Assembly: GCA_049588475.1 (NCBI GenBank)
Contig: JBAVYX010000511.1
Span: forward strand, 7,890-71,889
Reading direction: 5' to 3'
DNA: 64,000 bases
Source: Silvibacterium sp.
GTDB taxonomy: Bacteria; Acidobacteriota; Terriglobia; Terriglobales; Acidobacteriaceae
Shown: positions 57,142 through 64,000 of the stretch, piece after piece
How positions within the stretch are numbered: position 1 is the first letter of the stretch
Layout of the letters: each line of letters begins with the position of its first letter
The notes under the pieces: model-generated
What the model saw: the letters and a program-made list of their open reading frames with translations, nothing else
Told to the model about the DNA's origin: nothing
Databases searched by the model: none
Translations under genes and position numbers: made by a program

Positions 57142-58248
57142 ATGACAACGCAATCGATTCCCGCCGTTCCACAGGGCTCGGCCTCCGGATCGCTCACACT
57201 TCATCGCACCCCCCTTCCTGCTCTCACGGGAATCCGCTTCGTGGCGGCGATCCAGGTGGTGCTCTTCCACTTCGGCGCAGACTTCGCGCGAAGAAACGGC
57301 GCCCCGCGTACGATCACGAACATCCTGAACAACGGCTGGACAGCCGTCACCCTCTTCTTCATCCTCTCCGGATTCATCCTCAGCTACACCTACTGCGGCC
57401 AAATCAAGCAGCCCGGAGGCAAAGCCCGTTTCTGGGAAGCCCGCTTCGCCCGCATTTATCCCGTTTACTTCTTCTCCCTCATTCTGTGCTGGCCGTTTCG
57501 CGGCAACCCGGGACCGGGCCTGTCCATCGCCGTCTTCGCCATGGTGCAGGCATGGATTCCCTTCCACATCGACTACGAAGGCGCATGGAACATGGCCGCC
57601 TGGACGCTCTCGACCGAGGCTTTCTTCTACCTGCTTTTCATCTTCATCCTCCCCCTCCTCGAAAAGCTCTCCGTCCGGGCATTGAAATGCGTCGCCGCAG
57701 CCACAGTGCTTCTCATCGTGTTTGGCCATACCATGACCCACGACGTTGAGCCCCTCACTCGGATGACCGGACTTCCCCATCCCGTCTTCCGCTTTCCAGA
57801 ATTTCTTGCCGGCATGACGCTCGGGCTGATTTTCCTGCGCAGCCCCCGGCCTTCTCCCCGCCCCTGGCTCTCCTGGGCCGCGACCTTCGCAATTCTGGCC
57901 ATTCTAGCTTTTGTGGAAGGATCATGGTTGTCGCTCATGGCCGCTCCGCTCGCCGTTCTCATCTACGAACTGGCCGCCGGCAACAGCCTTCTCGCCCGGT
58001 TCCTCAGCTCCAGGCCCCTCATCCTGCTGGGCGGCGCAAGCTATGCCATATACCTGCTGCAGTATCCTGTCCGAAATTGGGTGCGCGCCGCATTCGCCCG
58101 GTGGAGTCCCGATCATGCCTCCGTTAGCGCTTGGCTCTCGCCCCTGCTCCTCATCTCCATCTCCTGCTTCCTCTTTCACTGGTATGAGGAACCGCTCCGC
58201 CGCGCCTTCAAACGCTGGTTCGCTCGACTGGGGCCAAAGTCTTCTTGA
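57142..58248 (+). CDS. Acyltransferase family 3 (membrane O-acyltransferase)
   Basis: ATG 57142. LTGIRFVAAIQVVLFHFG is typical of acyltransferase_3, about ten TM helices are present, and the C-terminus reads ...FHWYEEPLRR. Confidence 0.75.
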   Translation: MTTQSIPAVPQGSASGSLTLHRTPLPALTGIRFVAAIQVVLFHFGADFARRNGAPRTITNILNNGWTAVTLFFILSGFILSYTYCGQIKQPGGKARFWEARFARIYPVYFFSLILCWPFRGNPGPGLSIAVFAMVQAWIPFHIDYEGAWNMAAWTLSTEAFFYLLFIFILPLLEKLSVRALKCVAAATVLLIVFGHTMTHDVEPLTRMTGLPHPVFRFPEFLAGMTLGLIFLRSPRPSPRPWLSWAATFAILAILAFVEGSWLSLMAAPLAVLIYELAAGNSLLARFLSSRPLILLGGASYAIYLLQYPVRNWVRAAFARWSPDHASVSAWLSPLLLISISCFLFHWYEEPLRRAFKRWFARLGPKSS

Positions 58249-58362
58249 ATGGCTGGGGGTACCACCCATTCTTCGCTTCATCACGAAGTGTTGGTGCCGC
58301 TCCCATTTCATAGCCTGAGCTTCATCCGGTATCCTTGAATGTTTCGTATCAAGGAGATTTCA

Positions 58363-59856
58363 ATGCCAGCGAAGCTCTACAAAAACCTCATCGGCGGTGA
58401 ATGGGTCGCCTCCCGCACCGGCAAGACCTTCCTGAACGTCAATCCCGCCAACTGCGACGACATCCTCGGCGAATTCCAATCCTCCGCCGCCGCCGACATC
58501 GACGACGCCGTCGCTGCCGCTGCCGAAGCATGGAAGACCTGGCGCCTCGTCCCCGCGCCCAAGCGCGCCGAAATCCTCTATAAGACCGGAGAGCTCCTCA
58601 CCCAGCGCAAAGAGCAATATGCCCGTGACATGACGCGCGAGATGGGCAAGGTTCTCAGCGAAACCCGTGGCGACGTGCAGGAGGCGATCGACACCGCCTA
58701 CTACATGGCCGGTGAAGGCCGCCGCCTCTTCGGCCAGACCACCCCCTCCGAACTGCGCAGCAAATTCGCCATGTCGGTCCGTATGCCGGTCGGCGTATGC
58801 GGCATGATCGCCCCGTGGAACTTTCCCATGGCCATCCCCTCATGGAAGATCTTCCCCGCGCTCGTCTGCGGCAACACCTGCGTCATCAAACCAGCCGAAG
58901 ACACCCCCCTCTCCACCTACAATCTCGTCCAGTGCCTCATCGACGCCGGATTGCCCCCCGGAGTCGTGAACATCGTCACCGGCTTCGGACCCGACGCTGG
59001 CGCGCCCATCGTCTCGCACCCCGGCATCCGCGCCGTCTCCTTCACCGGATCATCCGAGGTCGGCCGCATTGTCGGTCAGACCGCCGCCGCCAACTTCAAG
59101 CCTTGCTCGCTTGAGATGGGAGGCAAAAACGCCATGATCGTCCTCGACGACGCCCACCTCGACCTCGCCGTCGAAGGCGCGCTCTGGGGAGCCTTCGGCA
59201 CCACCGGCCAGCGCTGCACCGCAACCAGCCGCATCATCCTGCACAAAAAGATCACCGCGGAGTTCACCGAAAAACTGGTCGCCCGCGCCGACGCTCTCAA
59301 AGTAGGAGACGGCCTCGACGAATCCGTTCAGATGGGCCCGCAGGTCAACCAGCAGCAGATCGAGACCTCCACCCGCTACAGCGAGATCGCGCAGAAAGAG
59401 GGTGCCAAGCTTCTCACCGGCGGCTCAGCGCTCGACGGCGGCACCTACGATAAGGGGCACTTCTTCGCCCCCACCGTATTCGCCGGAGTCAAACCTGGCA
59501 TGCGCATCGCCCAGGAAGAAGTCTTCGGCCCGGTCGTCAGCCTGGTCGAGTGCGCAAACTTCGACGAAGCCCTCGACATCGCTAACGGCATCGACTACGG
59601 CCTCTCGACCGCGCTCTACTCCCGCGATGTGAACCTCGCCTTCCGAGCCATGCGCGACCTCGAAGCCGGAATCACCTACATCAACGCCCCCACCATCGGA
59701 GCTGAAGTCCATCTCCCCTTCGGCGGAGTCAAACACACCGGCAACGGCCACCGCGAAGGCGGCACCGGCGCCCTCGACTTCTACACGACGTGGAAATCCG
59801 TCTACTTCGACTACTCCGACAAGTTGCAGCGCGCCCAGATCGACACGGGAGAGTGA
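58363..59856 (+). CDS. NAD(P)-dependent aldehyde dehydrogenase
   Basis: ATG 58363 follows [26 protein letters not shown] and the catalytic Cys context GQRCTA, plus EEVFGPV. Confidence 0.9.
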   Translation: MPAKLYKNLIGGEWVASRTGKTFLNVNPANCDDILGEFQSSAAADIDDAVAAAAEAWKTWRLVPAPKRAEILYKTGELLTQRKEQYARDMTREMGKVLSETRGDVQEAIDTAYYMAGEGRRLFGQTTPSELRSKFAMSVRMPVGVCGMIAPWNFPMAIPSWKIFPALVCGNTCVIKPAEDTPLSTYNLVQCLIDAGLPPGVVNIVTGFGPDAGAPIVSHPGIRAVSFTGSSEVGRIVGQTAAANFKPCSLEMGGKNAMIVLDDAHLDLAVEGALWGAFGTTGQRCTATSRIILHKKITAEFTEKLVARADALKVGDGLDESVQMGPQVNQQQIETSTRYSEIAQKEGAKLLTGGSALDGGTYDKGHFFAPTVFAGVKPGMRIAQEEVFGPVVSLVECANFDEALDIANGIDYGLSTALYSRDVNLAFRAMRDLEAGITYINAPTIGAEVHLPFGGVKHTGNGHREGGTGALDFYTTWKSVYFDYSDKLQRAQIDTGE

Positions 59857-59894
59857 TTGCGCAGACCAGCCCTCGAAAGGAGGCCGGGATCCCG

Positions 59895-60296
59895 ATGACT
59901 GTCGCCCAGATCTGGAAGAGCACAAGGTTCACCATCGAATGCAGCCCGGGCAAGGCGGCCGGTACCGTCATCTTCCGATTGACCGGACCGTTCACCGCGC
60001 GGGATATGTACACCTGCTTGTCGCCTGATGCTCTTCGCAACACCTTTGAATCAACGCCGAACACCGTGCAAGCTGCTGTTCATATCCTCGACCTCACTCA
60101 GGTCCCGTATATGGATTCTGACGGCCTCGGCATGATGGTTAGCCACTATGTTCGGTGCCAGCGCCAGGGGATTCGGCTGATTACGGCAGGAGTGAGCCCA
60201 CGCGTCCTCCAACTCTTCCGGCTCACCAACGTCGAAACCCTCTTTCCGATGGCCGCTACCCTCGAGGAGGCAGATCGCCCGGTACCTTCCAAATAG
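59895..60296 (+). CDS. STAS-domain protein (anti-sigma-factor-antagonist-like)
   Basis: VIFRLTGPFTARD...ILDLTQVPYMDSDGLGMMV...GIRLITAGVSPRVLQLFRLTNVETLF is a SpoIIAA/RsbV-like pattern with Ser in the DS(D)GLG position. Confidence 0.7.
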   Translation: MTVAQIWKSTRFTIECSPGKAAGTVIFRLTGPFTARDMYTCLSPDALRNTFESTPNTVQAAVHILDLTQVPYMDSDGLGMMVSHYVRCQRQGIRLITAGVSPRVLQLFRLTNVETLFPMAATLEEADRPVPSK

Positions 60297-60420
60297 CGCA
60301 CAAAATCGAATTTCGCATATATGATGTTCGCCAGCGGCAAAGCCCACCCACCGCTCTGCCCGAAGAAGTCATGGCTTAACCGAACAACAGGAGGCACCCC
60401 TGAACATCCTTCTGCTCTCC

Positions 60421-62112
60421 ATGCCCGATTCCTTCGAGCACATGCCCACCGTTGCCATCCGCATGCCCAACGGAGCGCTCACCTCGCTCGCCGGCAATCT
60501 TGACGAGCACCACAATGTCGCGGTCGCCGATCTCATCTTGTGTCAACATTCAGTACGCGAGACCGTCACCCGCCTCGTCCGCGAGACCCACCCCGACATC
60601 GTCGGCATGTCCATCATGACCTTCCAACGCCGCACCGCCGAGCGTCTTATGCACCTCGTCCGTGCGCTCAAACCCGATGTAAAAATCGTCGTGGGAGGCT
60701 ACGACCCCAGCCTCGACACCGAAGCCTATCTCTCTATGCCCGTTGATTTCATCGTGCGCGGCGAGGGCGAAGTCACCTTGCGCGAACTCACCCGCGCGGT
60801 CGAAGGCCAAGGCAGCCTGCACTTCATCTCCGGCCTCACGCACAAGCAATCTAGCGGTTCGGATCAAGGCAAATGGATTCACAACCCGCAGCGCGCCCCG
60901 CACCGCCTCGAAGACAACGATATCCGCCTTCCCAAACGCAACGCCCGAGTGCTCAAGGGCTACACGCTCCTCGGCCGCCAGGTCGACGTCATCGAAACCT
61001 CGCGCGGCTGCACCTTCGACTGCAGCTTCTGCTCCATCATCGAAATGCGCGGCCGCAACTTCTTCGCCTATTCCTTCGATCGCGTCCTCGACGACATCCG
61101 CGACGCGCAGCGCCACGGTGCGCGCACTATCTTCCTCGTCGACGACAACATCACGCTGAATGTCCATCGCTTCGAAGCCCTCTGCCATGCCATCATCGAT
61201 GCCGGCCTCAACAAAATCGATTACTTCGTGCAGGGCATGACGTCTGCGATTGCCAATCACGGCGAGACGCTTGCGCCACTGATGCGCAAGGCTGGTTTTC
61301 GCTATGTTTTTTTAGGCATCGAAAACATCCTGGAGAGCGACCTCGTGTTCCTTCAGGCTTCTGCGAAGAACACCGCGCGCTCCAATGGCCAGAAGACCGG
61401 TAACGCCACCCTCCAGGCCATCGAATATCTCCACAAGAACAACATGCTGGTTGTCGGAGGACTTATTGTCGGCAGCCCCGGCGATACCGCCGAGTCCATC
61501 AAGGCCAACCTCGAATTCGCACGCAAGTACGTGGACTGGCCTTACATCCAGCACCCCACGCCCTACCCCAAAACCCCCATGACCGCCGACTTCCGCCGCC
61601 AGGGCCTCATCGAAAACGAGCGCCTCGAAGAGTACGACGGAACTACGCCCGTCGTACGCAACGAGAATCTTCCTCTCGACGAAATCGAATACCTCCGCTG
61701 GAAGGCCGAGCGCGGCATGAAGACCCGCCACATCCCCACCGTCCTCCGCCACGACCCGTGGTTCGTGCTGCGCAACGTCGGCAGGATGGCCGCCTTCACC
61801 TACCGCGGGTCTACCCTGCGCACCGCGCTGGGACTGGAAAGCGATCGCCGGGCCTTCGCTCGCTACCAGGAGATTCGCCGCAAGGAGCGCGAATACATTG
61901 AGCCTCCCCAGACTTTTTGCGACCCCGTTGATTCCGCCGACTCTAAAGACGAGAGTCAGGAGCGGAGATTATGGGCAAGCTCGAAGGAAAAGTCGCCGTT
62001 ATCACTGCAGCCACCTCTGGTATGGCACTCGCCACAGCAAAGCTCTTTGTTGAAGAAGGGGCTTACGTCTTCATCACCGGACGCCGCCGGAATAAGCTCG
62101 ATGAAGCGGTAA
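60421..62112 (+). CDS. B12-binding-domain radical SAM protein
   Basis: N-terminal cobalamin-binding Rossmann-like domain (...PDIVGMSIMTFQ...KIVVGGYDPS...), the radical SAM cluster ETSRGCTFDCSFCS, and the TIM-barrel remainder. The real start is probably CTG at 60400 (see findings). The 3' end overlaps the next gene by 142 nt. Confidence 0.8.
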   Translation: MPDSFEHMPTVAIRMPNGALTSLAGNLDEHHNVAVADLILCQHSVRETVTRLVRETHPDIVGMSIMTFQRRTAERLMHLVRALKPDVKIVVGGYDPSLDTEAYLSMPVDFIVRGEGEVTLRELTRAVEGQGSLHFISGLTHKQSSGSDQGKWIHNPQRAPHRLEDNDIRLPKRNARVLKGYTLLGRQVDVIETSRGCTFDCSFCSIIEMRGRNFFAYSFDRVLDDIRDAQRHGARTIFLVDDNITLNVHRFEALCHAIIDAGLNKIDYFVQGMTSAIANHGETLAPLMRKAGFRYVFLGIENILESDLVFLQASAKNTARSNGQKTGNATLQAIEYLHKNNMLVVGGLIVGSPGDTAESIKANLEFARKYVDWPYIQHPTPYPKTPMTADFRRQGLIENERLEEYDGTTPVVRNENLPLDEIEYLRWKAERGMKTRHIPTVLRHDPWFVLRNVGRMAAFTYRGSTLRTALGLESDRRAFARYQEIRRKEREYIEPPQTFCDPVDSADSKDESQERRLWASSKEKSPLSLQPPLVWHSPQQSSLLKKGLTSSSPDAAGISSMKR

Positions 62113-62705
62113 AATTCATCGGCGGCAACGTCAACGGCATTCAAGGAGACGCCGGCGATATGACCGACCTTGACCGCCTCTTCGAGACCGTCAAGGCCGA
62201 AAAGGGCCACATCGACGTCCTCTTCGCCAGCGCGGGCTACGGCGAATTCAACGTGCCTCTCGGATCGATCACCGAAGAGAACTACGACAAGACGTTCGGC
62301 ACCAACGCCAAAGGCACTCTCTTCACAGTTCAAAAAGCCTTGCCGCTCCTGCGCGATGGCGCATCGGTCATCATGAATGGCTCCATCGCCGGCATAAAGG
62401 GCTTCGGAGGCTTCAGCGTATACAACGCCAGCAAGGCCGCCGTCCGCTCCTTCGCGCGCACATGGACTACTGACCTAAAATCGCGCAAGATTCGCGTCAA
62501 CGTCCTCAGCCCCGGCCCGATCGATACCGGAGCATTCGAGGGAGTTCCGCAGCAAGTCAAGGATGGCTTCATCTCCATCATCCCCATGGGCCGCATGGGA
62601 CGCCCCCAAGAAATCGCCACTGCGGCGCTCTTCCTCGCCTCCGACGACTCCAGCTTCGTCACCGGCATTGAGCTCTTCGTCGACGGCGGCACCGCCCAGA
62701 TCTGA
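61971..62705 (+). CDS. SDR-family oxidoreductase
   Basis: GKVAVITAATSGMA, YNASKAA (YxxxK), and VNVLSPGPIDT. AGGAG lies upstream of the ATG. Confidence 0.9.
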   Translation: MGKLEGKVAVITAATSGMALATAKLFVEEGAYVFITGRRRNKLDEAVKFIGGNVNGIQGDAGDMTDLDRLFETVKAEKGHIDVLFASAGYGEFNVPLGSITEENYDKTFGTNAKGTLFTVQKALPLLRDGASVIMNGSIAGIKGFGGFSVYNASKAAVRSFARTWTTDLKSRKIRVNVLSPGPIDTGAFEGVPQQVKDGFISIIPMGRMGRPQEIATAALFLASDDSSFVTGIELFVDGGTAQI

Positions 62706-62767
62706 TTCTCAGACTCCGACCTACTTTGATCCCGTCATAACCGTATCGCGAGTTCATTTGAAGTAGA

Positions 62768-62781
62768 ATTACGATCGTAAT
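62768..62781. promoter_or_regulatory. Perfect 14-bp palindrome ATTACGATCGTAAT upstream of the TetR gene (candidate operator)
   Basis: Read directly from the sequence. It ends 11 nt before the TetR start codon at 62793. Confidence 0.45.
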
Positions 62782-62792
62782 ATTATCAGCGG

Positions 62793-63371
62793 ATGCGCTA
62801 CCCAGCCGATCAAAAGCAACGAACAAGCATGCGGATTCTGAAAGCCGCCTCCGGTCTCTTTCGCAGCCGCGGATATGACGCCACCGGCATCGATGCCGTC
62901 ATGGCCTCCGCCGACCTCACCGCCGGGGCCTTCTATGCGCACTTCAGGTCCAAGGAAAACCTCTTCGCTAAATCCCTCGAATCCGCTTTCTTTCAGTCAG
63001 GTGCAAAGTGGTCCCACCGCCTCGAAAATCTTGAGGACCGCGACTGGGTCCGCAAATTCGCCGCTGCCTATCTCAGCAAGACCCATCGCGACAATCCCGA
63101 ACTCGGATGCCCTATGCCCGCGCTTGCCCCGGAGATCGGCCGCATCGGCGGCCCATCACGTGCCGTCTTCGAAGAGCGTCTGCGTGGTCTGATCGAGATG
63201 ATCGGCCAGCATCTCGATTCCGATTCTCCGGACGGCAGTCGCGCCATCCCTGCCATCGCCATGTGCGTCGGCGGCCTCATGCTCGCGCGTGCGGTCGATG
63301 ACCCCAAATTGTCCGACCAGATTCTCAGTACATGTCGCGCCGCAGTCGCTGAACAGAGCGCGTCGGCGTAG
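62793..63371 (+). CDS. TetR/AcrR-family transcriptional regulator
   Basis: RILKAASGLFRSRGYDATGIDAVMASADLTAGAFYAHFRSKENLF is the TetR N-terminal HTH. Confidence 0.85.
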   Translation: MRYPADQKQRTSMRILKAASGLFRSRGYDATGIDAVMASADLTAGAFYAHFRSKENLFAKSLESAFFQSGAKWSHRLENLEDRDWVRKFAAAYLSKTHRDNPELGCPMPALAPEIGRIGGPSRAVFEERLRGLIEMIGQHLDSDSPDGSRAIPAIAMCVGGLMLARAVDDPKLSDQILSTCRAAVAEQSASA

Positions 63372-63381
63372 GAGTAGCACC

Positions 63382-64000
63382 ATGCCTCAGACGGTCCTCG
63401 TCACAGGAGCATCCTCCGGAATCGGAGCTGCAACCGCACGCCTCTTCCACGCACGCGGCTTCACGGTCTTCGGCACAACACGCGTCGCCAATCCCGTCTC
63501 GCCTGTGGAATTCACGATGCTTTCGCTCGACGGCACATCCGACACCTCGGTCCGAGATGGCATTGATCACGTCATATCTCAGACAGGACGCATCGACATT
63601 CTCGTCAACAACGCGGGCTACGCGCTCAACGGGGCCGCCGAGGAAACCAGCCTAGCCGAAGCCAAAGATCAATTCGAAACCCAACTTCTTCGGCGCGGTC
63701 CGTACCATCAACGCCTCCTGGCGTCGATGCGCCAGGCGCGCGCCGGGAGGATCATCAACATCGGCTCTCTGGTGGGCCTCATCGCGATCCCCTACGCAGC
63801 TTTTTATTCCGCCACCAAGTTTGCGCTCGAGGCCTATTCGGAATCCCTGTGGTACGAACTCAAGCCCTTCGGCATCACCGTCAGCCTGATCGAGCCTGGC
63901 TTCGTGCGCACCAGTATCAGCCATGCCTCTCGCATCGCGGCCGCATCGCGGCCCGCCTACAACGGACCGCGCACTCGGGTCATCGCTGCCATCAAAAGCG
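63382..64000 (+). CDS. SDR-family oxidoreductase (3' end outside window)
   Basis: The ORF is not in the supplied track because it has no stop within the window. MPQTVLVTGASSGIGAATA, NNAG, YSATKFA (YxxxK), and LIEPGFVRT. It contains a locally aberrant 12-residue stretch (see findings). Confidence 0.8.
   Translation, partial: MPQTVLVTGASSGIGAATARLFHARGFTVFGTTRVANPVSPVEFTMLSLDGTSDTSVRDGIDHVISQTGRIDILVNNAGYALNGAAEETSLAEAKDQFETQLLRRGPYHQRLLASMRQARAGRIINIGSLVGLIAIPYAAFYSATKFALEAYSESLWYELKPFGITVSLIEPGFVRTSISHASRIAAASRPAYNGPRTRVIAAIKS

Noticed and set aside
60321-60503. 60-aa ORF overlapping the radical SAM start
   Set aside because: It is out of frame with a well-supported gene, its product is His/Arg/Pro-rich, and it has no SD.
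1-64000. tRNA, rRNA, CRISPR arrays, transposases, integrases and known defence-system genes
   Set aside because: I scanned the intergenic regions and the ORF translations and found none of the following: a T-arm-like GGTTCGA(A/G)TCC motif in an intergenic context, regularly spaced repeats, DDE or tyrosine-recombinase-like ORFs, or nuclease/helicase/ATPase gene sets typical of defence islands.

Overview
GC-rich (about 57-60% by eye) bacterial chromosomal segment made almost entirely of core housekeeping genes. The gene content suggests Acidobacteriota/Terriglobia: a CarboxypepD_reg-type TonB receptor, futalosine-pathway mqnC, many beta-barrel OMPs and a ypdA homologue. This taxonomic call is inference only. 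Main blocks, in order: (1) partial TonB-dependent receptor, NlpE/META/DUF4377 lipoprotein, ceramidase-like membrane protein. (2) A lysine/DAP cluster asd-lysC-dapB ... dapA-dapD, interrupted by a methyltransferase and an antisense low-GC GT2 gene, followed by RNase J. (3) Threonine/serine dehydratase, MarR-GNAT fusion, uppP, ftsK. (4) REC-Hpt plus NarL-type regulator plus OmpA-family protein. (5) Three oxidoreductases. (6) ABC-2 exporter followed by an Ig-like/chymotrypsin-fold lipoprotein, convergent with a PIMT-like/ypdA/histidine-kinase block. (7) aspA, OMPs, a membrane-anchored cytochrome c, mqnC, a processive GT2, an Xaa-Pro aminopeptidase. (8) The mreB-mreC-mreD-mrdA-rodA-rne block on the minus strand. 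(9) Acyltransferase, aldehyde dehydrogenase, STAS protein, B12-binding radical SAM enzyme, SDR, TetR, SDR. I found no rRNA, tRNA, CRISPR array, transposase, integrase or recognisable defence system, and no convincing novel multi-gene system. Items most worth a second look: (a) an RNase E/G homologue whose S1 domain is split by a ~570-aa charged low-complexity insertion; (b) several small genes (NTF2-like, small membrane protein, terminal SDR, MNT-like, MarR-like) carrying closely spaced 1-nt frame changes, some compensating, which are either real decay or consensus indel errors; (c) an ABC-2 exporter adjacent to a lipoprotein with a chymotrypsin-like His/Asp/Ser triad; (d) a B12-radical-SAM gene that probably starts at CTG and overlaps the next gene by 142 nt. 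All family assignments come from motif recognition by eye. No database search was run.
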